Source: Candidatus Spongiisociaceae bacterium (GTDB taxonomy: Bacteria > Actinomycetota > Acidimicrobiia > Spongiisociales > Spongiisociaceae). From it: 64,000 nucleotides of DNA. Both the position numbers and the translations under genes were made by a program. The first letter of the stretch is position 1. Each line of letters starts with the position of its first letter. Positions 32,320 through 41,831 of this stretch are shown here, piece after piece. The notes beneath the pieces are model-generated. The model ran no database searches. It had not been told where the DNA came from and saw only the letters and a program-made list of their open reading frames with translations. The DNA is taken from assembly GCA_965202665.1 (NCBI GenBank), contig OZ241841.1, positions 256,001 to 320,000 on the forward strand, read 5' to 3'.

Positions 32320-33177
32320 CTACTGGGCGGGCCACTCCCGCATCTGCAACACTGAGAACACTCCGCCCTGCGGATCTTGCAAAACGGCTACATCCCCGCC
32401 GGGGGTGGGGAAGGGACCCCTCAGAACCCGCCCGCCCAACTCGGCCGTCCGGGCGGCGGCGCCGGCGGCGTCGGCGGTCCCGAAATAAATGTTCCAACAG
32501 TTGTGAACTTCGGGGGAAGGGAGTTGCATCAGGCCAGCCACCATGCCGCCCTCCCGCATCCACAGCTTGTAGACCGGGCCGTCGCCGTAGGGGGCGTCTT
32601 CCAGCCCCCAGCCGAACACCGCGCCGTAAAACCGGGCGGCCCGTTCCAGATTGGGCACGATCAGCTCCGTCCAACTGTGGGCGCCCGGTTCCAACACCAC
32701 CCCCATTCCCCGATGGGACCGCGGCTCCCACAACCCGAAAGGCGCCCCCTGGTCGTCAGCTGCGATAGCCATCCGGCCCGTATCCATTATGTCGCAGGGG
32801 GGCATTATTTCCGTCCCGCCTGCCGCCAGAACGGCGGCGTGCGACTCATCCGCCGAGTCGGTGATGAAATAGGTGCTCCACACGGTGGGAATGTCCCCCA
32901 TCTCGGGGGTGATCTGCGACTTTCGGGACATCAAGAAATTAACAATGGGGGGGTGGGGGGGAATGTCCCCCATCTCGGGGGTGATCTGCGATATCCCCGC
33001 CACCAGCCGTCCCGCCAGCGAACTCGTGGAATACATCACGCCCCCGTCCGGGCCGGGCACGTCCTCCCATTCCCATCCGAACAGGCCGCCGTAGAACTCT
33101 TTGGCCCCTGCGGCGTCGGCGGTGGCCAGGTCCACCCATCCCGGGGTTCCCGCCGGGTAATTGTCGCGATTGGGCAT
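32320..33177 (-). CDS. VOC/glyoxalase family protein, paralog 2, carrying a 24-aa in-frame insertion
   Basis: GTPGWVDL, FYGGLFGW and DPQGG; colinear with paralog 1 apart from the insertion. Confidence 0.88.
   Translation of the reverse strand: MPNRDNYPAGTPGWVDLATADAAGAKEFYGGLFGWEWEDVPGPDGGVMYSTSSLAGRLVAGISQITPEMGDIPPHPPIVNFLMSRKSQITPEMGDIPTVWSTYFITDSADESHAAVLAAGGTEIMPPCDIMDTGRMAIAADDQGAPFGLWEPRSHRGMGVVLEPGAHSWTELIVPNLERAARFYGAVFGWGLEDAPYGDGPVYKLWMREGGMVAGLMQLPSPEVHNCWNIYFGTADAAGAAARTAELGGRVLRGPFPTPGGDVAVLQDPQGGVFSVLQMREWPAQ
32887..32991. repeat. Two exact 33-bp direct repeats separated by 39 unrelated bp
   Basis: GGGAATGTCCCCCATCTCGGGGGTGATCTGCGA at 32887-32919 and 32959-32991. Confidence 0.95.
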
Positions 33178-33284
33178 TGCTTTTATCCTTCTGCTCGCTT
33201 CACCGGTTTGCCTCACCGGTAGAAACCCGATGGTAGTCCGCCGGTGCGACAAAACCCCTATTCGAGGGGGGTAATCTTGATATC

Positions 33285-34010
33285 ATGACCGTCGACCCGA
33301 CCCCTCCGGAGGAAAGCCAAGAGGAAAACCAGCCGGAGCCCGCTTCGGCGGGAAACAAACCGGGTTGGCGGAGCCGGGCGGCGGTGGGAGCGGCGCTGGC
33401 GGCGGCGATGCTGATTTCCCTGGTGATAGCCCTCCGGGAAGGCGACTCGGGCGCCGGCGAAGTTTGGGAAACCCCGGGGGCGGCCGTAGTTTCCGGACAG
33501 GCCACCGGGGAAAGCCCGGACGGAGCGGCGGGGGGCGAACCGATCCCGGCGATCGACCCCGCCCAATTCGATGTATCCCAATTTCCGCGGGGGAGCCTGG
33601 CCGGACAACCGGCCCCTGATTTTTCCTTCCCCCTGTTCGACGGGTCGCGGTTCGACCTGGCCCGGTTCTTCGCCGACGACGGCCGTCCGCTGGTTTTGAA
33701 CATTTGGGCCTCCTGGTGCGGACCGTGCCGCAACGAGATCCCCGCCATCTCCCGGGTGGCCGTCGCCAACCCCGACGTGGCCTTCGTGGGGGTGGCGGCC
33801 GAGGATCGCTTCTCGGAAGCGCAGCGGTTCGCCTTGGAAATAAACGCCTCCTACCCGATGGGCATCGAAGAAGACCCGGTGTCGGGGGTGTTCCCTTACG
33901 TGGGCCTGCCCACCACTTACTTGATTAACAGCGACGGGGTGGTGGTGCGCCAAATACAGGGGGAAGTGACGGCGGCCATCCTGCAGGCCTTCATCGACTA
34001 CGACTTCTAA
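33285..34010 (+). CDS. TlpA/ResA-like thiol-disulfide oxidoreductase
   Basis: TM anchor, APDF, NIWASWCGPC and GLPTTY. Confidence 0.9.
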   Translation: MTVDPTPPEESQEENQPEPASAGNKPGWRSRAAVGAALAAAMLISLVIALREGDSGAGEVWETPGAAVVSGQATGESPDGAAGGEPIPAIDPAQFDVSQFPRGSLAGQPAPDFSFPLFDGSRFDLARFFADDGRPLVLNIWASWCGPCRNEIPAISRVAVANPDVAFVGVAAEDRFSEAQRFALEINASYPMGIEEDPVSGVFPYVGLPTTYLINSDGVVVRQIQGEVTAAILQAFIDYDF

Positions 34011-34039
34011 GCCGGGACGCGCAACCGGGAAACGGGGAT

Positions 34040-34822
34040 CTAAGCGGGGGCCGGCTCCGACCATTCCGGAGGGCGTTTTTCCATAAAAGCGGCCACTCCC
34101 TCCCGGGCTTGGTCGCTCATCGTCACCGCCGTCAGCCCGGTCTGCAAAAAATCCAAAGCCCGGTCCAGGCCCATGTCCTGTATCAGGTAAAAACTGTCCC
34201 GGCCCAACTGCATGACCTCCGCCGGGGCCCGGGACAGAACCTCCGCGTACTCGTCCACCATCCGATCCAACTCCTCCAAGTCGGAGGCCACCGCGGTCAC
34301 CACCCCCAGCCGCACCCCTTCGGCGGCGTCGAATATCCGCCCGGTCATAAACAATTCCAAGGCTTGGCGGGCGGGCATCAAACGTTGCAGCACCGCCGAA
34401 ATCTGCATGGGCCACAAGCCTACTTTGATTTCGGTGGTTCCCAGCTTGGCCCCCTCCACCGCCAGCACGATGTCGCAGGCGGCCGCCAACCCGAACCCGC
34501 CCGCCAAAGCGTGCCCGTTGACGCGGGCGATGATCGGCTTCCCACCCCGGCGCATCACCCGGAACACATCGGATATCAGCCCCCGCATCCGGTGCAAACC
34601 CACCGGGTCGTCGAAAAACCCGCCCCCCAGGTCCCCCCCGGCGGAAAAGGCCCGCTCCCCCGCCCCGGTGAGGATTATCACCCGCACCTGCGGGTCGGCG
34701 ACCGCCTCCCGCAACCCCCGGTGCAACCGTTCCATCACCTCCCCGGACAAAGGGTTGCGCCGTTGCGGATCGTTAATGGTCAAAACGGCCCGGGTCCCGA
34801 ATGTTTCACAGTCCAGCATCAT
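34040..34822 (-). CDS. Enoyl-CoA hydratase/isomerase family protein
   Basis: FSAGGDL, KPIIARVNGHALAGG, EIKVG and AFMEKR. Confidence 0.9.
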   Translation of the reverse strand: MMLDCETFGTRAVLTINDPQRRNPLSGEVMERLHRGLREAVADPQVRVIILTGAGERAFSAGGDLGGGFFDDPVGLHRMRGLISDVFRVMRRGGKPIIARVNGHALAGGFGLAAACDIVLAVEGAKLGTTEIKVGLWPMQISAVLQRLMPARQALELFMTGRIFDAAEGVRLGVVTAVASDLEELDRMVDEYAEVLSRAPAEVMQLGRDSFYLIQDMGLDRALDFLQTGLTAVTMSDQAREGVAAFMEKRPPEWSEPAPA

Positions 34823-35835
34823 CCCGCCCCGGACATCCCCGCCTCGGAAACGTAATCGGTGATCTCCTCCTGCAGGGCGGCTTTCCTCTCTTCGGGCAAA
34901 AAGGAGGCCCGCACCGAATTGCGGGCCAGCTGCTCCAAATCCCCCCGGGACAGGTTCAAAGCCCGGGCGATGGCCAAATAGTTGTCGGCTACGTAACCGC
35001 CGAAGTAGGCCGGGTCGTCGGAGTTGACGGTCACCACCGCCCCGGCGTCCATCAGCCGTTTCAGGTTGTGGTCGGCCAAATCGGGAAACACTTGCAGCCG
35101 CTGGTTGGACAGGGGGCACATGGTGAGGGGAATGCGCTCGGCGACCAGCCGTTCCACCAGCCGCGGGTCGTCCTCGGAACGCACCCCGTGATCCACCCGC
35201 TCCGCCCCCAGTTCGTCCAAAGCCGTCCACACGTATTCGGCGGGTCCCTCCTCCCCGGCGTGGGCCACCGCCCGCAGTCCGGCGGCGGCCGCCATCCGGT
35301 AGGCGGGGGCGAACGGCCCGGGCGGGTTGCCCCGCTCCCCCGAATCCAAACCCACCCCTTGGATGTGCCGCAGGTAGGGGCGGGCCTGCTCCAACGTTTC
35401 CAAAGCCGACTCGGGGGACAGGTGCCGCAGAAAACAGAGAATGAGAGTGGAGGTGATTTCCGGGGCCGCCTCTTCTTGCGCCCGTAGGAACCCGGCGATC
35501 ACCGTTCCCATGGCCACCCCCCGTTCGGTGTGGGTCTGCGGGTCGAAGAAAATTTCGGCGTGGCGCACGTTGTCCTCCGCCGCCCGTTGCAGATAAGCGG
35601 CCATCAGCCGGTAGAAGTCGTCTTCGGTCTGCAAAACGGCCGCCCCCCGGTAGTAGATGTCCAGAAACGACTGCAGGTCTTGGAACTGGTAGGCCCGCCG
35701 GATTTCCTCCACCGACCGGAACCCGATGTCCGTCCCGTTGCGAGCCGCCATTTCCAGCATCATCTCCGGCTCCAACGTCCCCTCGATGTGGATATGCATC
35801 TCCACCTTCGGCAATTCCCGCACGAACCGTTCCAT
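34819..35835 (-). CDS. Adenine/adenosine deaminase
   Basis: HIHIEG, FFDPQTH, HAGEE, DHG and NSDDP. Confidence 0.92.
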   Translation of the reverse strand: MERFVRELPKVEMHIHIEGTLEPEMMLEMAARNGTDIGFRSVEEIRRAYQFQDLQSFLDIYYRGAAVLQTEDDFYRLMAAYLQRAAEDNVRHAEIFFDPQTHTERGVAMGTVIAGFLRAQEEAAPEITSTLILCFLRHLSPESALETLEQARPYLRHIQGVGLDSGERGNPPGPFAPAYRMAAAAGLRAVAHAGEEGPAEYVWTALDELGAERVDHGVRSEDDPRLVERLVAERIPLTMCPLSNQRLQVFPDLADHNLKRLMDAGAVVTVNSDDPAYFGGYVADNYLAIARALNLSRGDLEQLARNSVRASFLPEERKAALQEEITDYVSEAGMSGAG

Positions 35836-35907
35836 AACCTCCCTCCCTATGCCGCGGCCTTCCCGTAATCTTATCCCCGCCGCCTCCCCCGCCCTCCGGA
35901 AACTGCT

Positions 35908-35942
35908 AAAGAAGAGCGAGGGCGCCCGCAGGCGCCCTCGCT
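35908..35942 (-). terminator. Intrinsic terminator-like hairpin after the NCS2 permease
   Basis: 12-bp stem AGCGAGGGCGCC / GGCGCCCTCGCT with a 4-nt loop, followed by CTTCTTT on the minus strand. Confidence 0.7.
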
Positions 35943-35967
35943 TGTTTCACGCAACCAACAGGTAAGA

Positions 35968-37332
35968 CTATAGCCAGTTGGAAACCACTGATTGGCCGAA
36001 GAATACAACGCAGGCCACGGTCACCACCCACATCAGCGGATGGATCTGGGCCATCTTGCCTTTCACGATCTTAATCAGCGAATGCATCACGAACCCGGCG
36101 GCGATCCCCACCGTAATGGAGTAGGTCAACGGCATGAGCACGATGGCCAGCAAAGCCGGGAAGCCCTCCTCCAAATCCGTGAAGTCGATGTGCCGCAACA
36201 GGCCGACCATCAGGAAGCCGATCACGATCAGCACCGGGGCGGTGGCCTGGCTTGGCACCACCAGGGCCAGCGGCGACAGCACGATGGCGATCAGGAACAA
36301 TATCCCGCACACCACCGAGGTCAGGCCGGTGCGTCCGCCTTCGGCAACCCCCGCCGAACTTTCGATGTAGCTGGTGTTGGAGCTGACGCCCCCCAGCCCG
36401 CCCAGGGCCGCTCCCAGCGAGTCCACCAAGAGCAGGGAGAACAGTCTGGGCATCCGACCGTTTTCCTCCACCAGTCCGGCCTGCTCGGCGATGGCGGTGG
36501 CGGTGCCCATCGTGTCGAAGAAGTCGGTGAGCATGAAGGTAAAAATGGTCAGAATGGCCGCCATGATCCCAATCTCGGTGAACGGGTTGGCCAAGTCCAC
36601 TCGGAACAGGGTGTCGAAGCTGACCGAAGCGTTGATGTTGTCCGGGAGGTTCGCCACATCCATAAACAGGGCGATGACGGTGGTGGCGACGATGGTTAAG
36701 ATCATCGCCCCTTTCACCCGCAGGCTCATCAGCACCACCGCGATCAGCAATCCGATGAGAGTGATCGCCGCCCCCCGGGAGTTCGGGTTGACGAACTCGA
36801 CAATCGCCCCGCCCTGCTGGATCAGTCCGCCGTTGACGAAACCGATGAACAGAATGAACAAGCCGATGCCCACCCCGATGGCGTATTTGAGGCTGTCCGG
36901 GATGGCGGTCATCACCGCTTCCCGCAAACCCAGCAACACCAAGACGGTGACCAGAATGCCTTCCATCAAGATCACGCCCATCGCCCCGGCCGGAGACAGC
37001 CCTTCAGTGAACACCAGCCCGAAAGCGACCGCCGCGTTTATTCCCAGCCCGGCCGCCATGGCGATCGGATAGTTGGAAAACACCCCCATGGCGATGGTCA
37101 TAATCCCGGCGATGAGGGCCGTGGCCGCCGCAATGGCCGGCGCGTTAAAGGCTGAGTCAATTTCGCCCAGGGCGCCGAGGATATCGGCGTTTACGAACAG
37201 GATGTAGGCCATCACCAGGAAAGTGGTGACGCCCGCCCTAACCTCGGTTCCGAGCGTGGAACCCCGCTCGGCTACCTTGAAAAAGGACAGCAAACCAGGC
37301 TCCGTGGTGGTCCCTCCTTCTACGGATTTCAT
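35968..37332 (-). CDS. NCS2/AzgA family purine permease
   Basis: TTFLVMAYILFVN, DFFDTMGT and YIESSAGVAEGGRTG; GGAGG RBS. Confidence 0.93.
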   Translation of the reverse strand: MKSVEGGTTTEPGLLSFFKVAERGSTLGTEVRAGVTTFLVMAYILFVNADILGALGEIDSAFNAPAIAAATALIAGIMTIAMGVFSNYPIAMAAGLGINAAVAFGLVFTEGLSPAGAMGVILMEGILVTVLVLLGLREAVMTAIPDSLKYAIGVGIGLFILFIGFVNGGLIQQGGAIVEFVNPNSRGAAITLIGLLIAVVLMSLRVKGAMILTIVATTVIALFMDVANLPDNINASVSFDTLFRVDLANPFTEIGIMAAILTIFTFMLTDFFDTMGTATAIAEQAGLVEENGRMPRLFSLLLVDSLGAALGGLGGVSSNTSYIESSAGVAEGGRTGLTSVVCGILFLIAIVLSPLALVVPSQATAPVLIVIGFLMVGLLRHIDFTDLEEGFPALLAIVLMPLTYSITVGIAAGFVMHSLIKIVKGKMAQIHPLMWVVTVACVVFFGQSVVSNWL

Positions 37333-37490
37333 AATCCCTCCTATCGCTGGCTTCCACTTTGCGCCGCCCGCCCGGACGGCGTCTCGCCCGCCAGGTTAGT
37401 CAAGCAAATCCGGATGGTGCGGTATTTGTTCCAAACTTTTTGACCGGCTACGGAAAAGAAAGGTTACCGGCGCCCGGGCGCTCCCGGAGG

Positions 37491-38681
37491 TTACTTGAGA
37501 ACGTCACCGGTTTCTTTGTCGAAGAAATGCAATTTGGCGGTGTCCACCACCAATTCGGCCGGACCGCCCACCGCCGGGGCGTAGTCGGGATTGACGCGGG
37601 CGGTGAACTTGGTTTCGTCGCCCAGGGACGAAGTGTCGGCGCCTTCGTCGGCCAGCAGGGCTTCAATGTCGGCGGTGACCACCGGCGGCACCGGGGCCGT
37701 GAAATGGACGAAGGCCTCCGAGCCCAGCTGTTCCACCAAATTGACCTGCACGGTGATGGAAGAACCGCCCTCCCCGGCCGCGGAGCGTATTTCGAAGGCT
37801 TCCGGGCGCACCCCCATCACCACCTCCTCCCCCGCCCGGTCGGCCAGGGACTCCGGCAGGTCGGAGGGGCTGACCGCCAGCGAATGGGGGCCGAAGGCGA
37901 GATGGACTTCGCTCCCGTTGGCGGAGGCGGCGGCGTATACGAAGTTCATGGCCGGCGACCCGATGAACCCGGCCACGAACAGGTTGACCGGATTGTCGTA
38001 GAGTTCCCGGGGGGCGGCTATCTGCTGCAGGTTGGACTCTTCGGAGGTGATGGCTTTCAGGACCGCCACCCGATCCCCCATGGTCATCGCCTCCACCTGG
38101 TCGTGGGTCACGTAGAGGGTGGTGGTTTCCAGCCGGGAGTGGAGCAACCCCAGTTCGGAGCGCATCTGCACCCGCAGTTTGGCGTCCAAGTTGGACAGCG
38201 GCTCGTCCATCAGGAAAGCGGCCGGTTCCCGCACGATGGCACGCCCCATCGCCACCCGTTGCCGCTGGCCGCCGGACAGGGCCCGCGGTTTGCGGTTCAG
38301 GTATTCGGTGATTTCCAGGATGCGGGCCGCCTCCTCCACCCGCTCGGCGATTTCCTTCTTGGGGGTGTTGCGCAGTTTGAGGCCGAAAGACATGTTGTCC
38401 CGAACGGTCATATGGGGGTAGAGGGCGTAGTTCTGAAAAACCATGGCGATGTCCCGGTCTTTGGGGGCCACATCGTTGACCACCCGCTCGCCGATTCGGA
38501 TTTGGCCTTCGGTGATGTCCTCCAACCCGGCCACCATCCGCAACAGGGTGGACTTGCCGCACCCGGACGGGCCGACCAGCACCACAAACTCGCCGTCTTC
38601 CACGTCGATGCTCACATCGGCGATGGCCCGGGTGTCGTCGCCGTAGACCTTGCCGACCGTCTCAAAGGTTATTCCAGCCAT
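37491..38681 (-). CDS. Sugar ABC transporter ATPase (MsiK/UgpC type)
   Basis: [25 protein letters not shown] and [12 protein letters not shown]. Confidence 0.93.
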   Translation of the reverse strand: MAGITFETVGKVYGDDTRAIADVSIDVEDGEFVVLVGPSGCGKSTLLRMVAGLEDITEGQIRIGERVVNDVAPKDRDIAMVFQNYALYPHMTVRDNMSFGLKLRNTPKKEIAERVEEAARILEITEYLNRKPRALSGGQRQRVAMGRAIVREPAAFLMDEPLSNLDAKLRVQMRSELGLLHSRLETTTLYVTHDQVEAMTMGDRVAVLKAITSEESNLQQIAAPRELYDNPVNLFVAGFIGSPAMNFVYAAASANGSEVHLAFGPHSLAVSPSDLPESLADRAGEEVVMGVRPEAFEIRSAAGEGGSSITVQVNLVEQLGSEAFVHFTAPVPPVVTADIEALLADEGADTSSLGDETKFTARVNPDYAPAVGGPAELVVDTAKLHFFDKETGDVLK

Positions 38682-38853
38682 AGTCCGCTCCTCGCTATAC
38701 CGGTTTTAGCCGCCGAGATAAAATAGTAGCAAAGAAAACCGCACCCGGCGCGCCGAGGCCGTCCCCTTCCCCAAAGCTTGGCCTAAAACGCGAAAAAAAT
38801 ACTTAGCGGCCATACTTATTCCCCACTGGAACCCCCGTTCCCCGTTGCGCCGG

Positions 38854-39738
38854 TTACGGGCGGCGGAAAGGGCCGGGCACCCGGGCCACCGCCACATCGC
38901 AGGGGGCGCGGAACAGCGCCGCCTCGGCCACGCTCCCCAACAGCACCATGTTGGATCCCCCCATCCCCCGGTTGGAGACCGTCAGCAGATCGGCGCGGCG
39001 GGTGCGGGCCAGCTCGGCCAACGCCTCCGCCGGGGGGCCCTGCGCCACATAAACCGACACCCGGCCCTCCCAACGGCCCGCGAACTCCTCCGCCGACGCC
39101 CGCAAGGCCGACGCCCGCATCTGCCGCAACCGGTCCAACTCTTCCCGGCGCACCCCCGCATCCGACAGCGCCATCTCCGCATGGGCGGGCAGGGAAACCG
39201 CGGCGGTCACGCTCTCCCGTCCGGGGGACAACCGCAGGGCCAACTCCACCGCTTCGGCGCTGGATTCCGACAGATCCACGGCCGCTATCGCCCGCCGGTA
39301 CGGAACGCGGGGCTGGCGGCGTACGCACAACACCGGGGAATGCGCCTTGCGCGCCAAACGGGTGGTGCGCGGTCCCACCCGGAGATGGTCCAACGACGAG
39401 GTGCCGGTCACCAGCAGGTCCGCCGCCCGCGACCGCTTCACCACTTCCGTAGCCACCCGCCCGTCCACCAATTTCAACTCCACCGGGCAGGCGGCCCGGG
39501 CGTTGATCCAAGCCAACAGGTTTTCGGCTTCGCCGTGCCGATACAGCATCATCCGCTTCAGCATCTCGCCGGGCAGGCTCACATCGGGCGGTTCCGCCAC
39601 GTGCGCCAGCGTAAGGGACGCCCCCTGCTCCTCAGCCACCCGGCGGGCCCGATCCGCCACCCGCCGGGAAAGCGGGCTCAGGTCAACCGCCGCCAATATC
39701 CGCTTCATTCCCGTCCCGCTCGCCTCGTCCGCTTCCAT
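38854..39738 (-). CDS. Tandem-domain universal stress protein
   Basis: Two AVDLS domains; LGSVAE..PCDV. Confidence 0.88.
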   Translation of the reverse strand: MEADEASGTGMKRILAAVDLSPLSRRVADRARRVAEEQGASLTLAHVAEPPDVSLPGEMLKRMMLYRHGEAENLLAWINARAACPVELKLVDGRVATEVVKRSRAADLLVTGTSSLDHLRVGPRTTRLARKAHSPVLCVRRQPRVPYRRAIAAVDLSESSAEAVELALRLSPGRESVTAAVSLPAHAEMALSDAGVRREELDRLRQMRASALRASAEEFAGRWEGRVSVYVAQGPPAEALAELARTRRADLLTVSNRGMGGSNMVLLGSVAEAALFRAPCDVAVARVPGPFRRP

Positions 39739-39794
39739 CCGGTTTCCCCGCTTCGGATCACTCTAACGGCGCGAGCCGGGCCGGAACCCCCGAT

Positions 39795-40895
39795 CTAACC
39801 GCTTTCTTCGGGAATAAACGCGGGGCGGAACTCCCCGGCCGTCCCTTTGTCCAACTCCCGGCCGCCGGCGGGCGGGGCCTGGTCCTGGCGCATCCACACC
39901 GTGCGTTGCGGGAAAGGAATCTCGATTCCGCACTCGTCGAAGGCTTCTTTCAGACGGCGGCGTATCTCCCGGCTGACCGCCCATTGCTCCCCCGGCTCCA
40001 CTTTGGCCATCAGGCGAATGGCGATGGAATTCTCGCCGAAGGCCTGCACCCCGGCGATGGCCGGTTCCTCCAGAATGGTGGCGTGCGGCAGATTGTCCCG
40101 CCACACCCCGTCGGCCGCTTCTTTGATGACCGTCATGGCCTGTCCCAAGTCGGTGTCGTAGGCGACTTCGATGTCCAGCACCGCCCGCGCCCATTCCTGC
40201 GACATGTTCGCCACCCGGCTGATCTCCCCGTTGGGAATGTGCCACAGGGAGCCGTTGATGTCCCGTATCTGGGTGGTGCGCAGTTTGACCTCCTCCACCA
40301 CCCCCACCGCCGAACCCACGTCCACCACGTCCCCCACCCCGTACTGGTCTTCCAGCAACATGAAAATGCCGGTCAGGAAATCCCGCACCAGGCTTTGCGC
40401 CCCGAAGCCGATCGCCACCCCCACGATCCCCGCTCCGGCGATCATCGGCCCCAGGTTGATGCCGAACTCGCCCAGGGAGATGAGAATCGCCAAGCCGTAC
40501 ACCGCCAGGGACGCCGTGGAGCGGAGCACGGTGCCCAAAGTGCGGGCCCGTTGCTCGGAGCGTTCCTTCTGCTCCATCAGCCGCCGCGCCCGGCGCAGGG
40601 CGGCTTCCCGCAAACCCCCCTCCTCCCCCGTCGCCCGCTCCGCGGAGGCGTCGGCGAAGGCCTGCTCCCGATGTCCCAGCCAGGTTTCCACCCCCCGGTC
40701 CACCCAGCGCCGCGCAATGCGGGCCGCGATCACCGCCACCAGCAGAATCAGGGCTACCTTGAGAGGTATGCTGATAGCCCCCAAAATCTGGGCCAGGGTG
40801 GCGTTGGAAGTCCATTCGTAGACGAGGCTGCAAACAGTGCCCGGTTCGGCCCCGCATGCATCCGTTACCGATTGTCCTATTAGAAGTGGGAACAT
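39795..40895 (-). CDS. MscS family mechanosensitive channel
   Basis: GVAIGFGAQSLVRDF, VGD, LRTT, IPNG and IPFPQ. Confidence 0.92.
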   Translation of the reverse strand: MFPLLIGQSVTDACGAEPGTVCSLVYEWTSNATLAQILGAISIPLKVALILLVAVIAARIARRWVDRGVETWLGHREQAFADASAERATGEEGGLREAALRRARRLMEQKERSEQRARTLGTVLRSTASLAVYGLAILISLGEFGINLGPMIAGAGIVGVAIGFGAQSLVRDFLTGIFMLLEDQYGVGDVVDVGSAVGVVEEVKLRTTQIRDINGSLWHIPNGEISRVANMSQEWARAVLDIEVAYDTDLGQAMTVIKEAADGVWRDNLPHATILEEPAIAGVQAFGENSIAIRLMAKVEPGEQWAVSREIRRRLKEAFDECGIEIPFPQRTVWMRQDQAPPAGGRELDKGTAGEFRPAFIPEESG

Positions 40896-40990
40896 GTCCC
40901 AACCATACCACAGAGGAGGCTCCCTTATATGACTATGACGTTCCGGGGCCGGACTATCCGGGTTTGCCCGCCTCCGGGCCGGGGAGGGCG

Positions 40991-41644
40991 ATGACCCTGT
41001 TCGCCGACCGGACGGAGGCCGGGGAGGCTTTGGCGGCGGAAGTGGAGCATCTGCGCGGCGGGGACTGCCTGGTGCTGGGGCTGCCCCGGGGCGGGGTTCC
41101 GGTGGGATTCCGGGTAGCCGAACGGCTGGAAGCCCCTTTGGACGTGTTGCTGGTGCGCAAGTTGGGGGCTCCCCGTCGGCCGGAGTTGGCTTTGGGCGCC
41201 ATCGGGGAAGGCGGGGTGAAGGTGGTGGATTGGGAACGGGCGGAGCGGTTGCGGGTGAGCGAAGAGTACCTGCGGGAAGTGGAGGAACGGGAGCGGGCCG
41301 AACTGCGACGGCAGGCCGAACTGTTCCGGGCGGGGCGGCCGGGGATGGATCCGACCGGGCGGACGGCGGTGATAGTGGACGACGGGGTGGCTACCGGCTC
41401 CACCGCTTTGGCGGCGTGCCGGGTGGCCCGCCGGGCGGGGGCCCGCCGGGTGGTGATGGCGGCCCCGGTGGCGCCCCGCGGCTGGGAGGAGAATTTCCGG
41501 GGGGCGGCCGACGAATGCGCGGCGGTGGCCGCCCCCGCCCGCTTCTGGGCCATCGGCCTGTTTTACCAAGATTTCCGCCCCACCCCCGACCGGGAGGTGA
41601 TGGACCTGCTGGCCCGCTCCCGGCCGGACGGCGAAAACCGGTAA
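40991..41644 (+). CDS. Phosphoribosyltransferase family protein
   Basis: FADRTEAG, LPRGGVPV and VDDGVATGST. Confidence 0.88.
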   Translation: MTLFADRTEAGEALAAEVEHLRGGDCLVLGLPRGGVPVGFRVAERLEAPLDVLLVRKLGAPRRPELALGAIGEGGVKVVDWERAERLRVSEEYLREVEERERAELRRQAELFRAGRPGMDPTGRTAVIVDDGVATGSTALAACRVARRAGARRVVMAAPVAPRGWEENFRGAADECAAVAAPARFWAIGLFYQDFRPTPDREVMDLLARSRPDGENR

Positions 41645-41684
41645 CCGGCCCTCAGCCGGGACGCGGGGATATGCGAGAAAGGGG

Positions 41685-41758
41685 CTCCGGGGGTGGGACT
41701 TGAACCCACAACCTTCGGATTAACAGTCCGCTGCTCTGCCGAATTGAGCTACCCCGGA
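41685..41758 (-). tRNA. tRNA-Asn(GTT)
   Basis: TCCGGGGTAGCTCAATTCGGCAGAGCAGCGGACTGTTAATCCG...GGTTCAAGTCCCACCCCCGGAG cloverleaf; CCA not encoded. Confidence 0.95.
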
Positions 41759-41831
41759 ACAGGGCGCGCATAATGCTAACAGACGCAAACGGCGGGTTGC
41801 GCCATGACCGGCCTCGTCGGTCGGGCGGCTG

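Noticed and set aside
32887-32991. Functional CRISPR array
   Set aside because: Only two repeats, inside a CDS, with no leader or cas genes in the window; the repeat is native coding sequence shared with the paralog.
37333-37490. Purine riboswitch upstream of the NCS2 permease
   Set aside because: No recognisable purine-riboswitch core by eye; an Infernal scan would be needed.
37491-38681. Orphan ABC ATPase as an anomaly
   Set aside because: Stand-alone MsiK-type ATPases shared among sugar transporters are normal in actinobacteria.
41685-41758. tRNA-Asn as an integration site
   Set aside because: No integrase, no duplicated tRNA 3' end seen, and the flanking genes are host-like.
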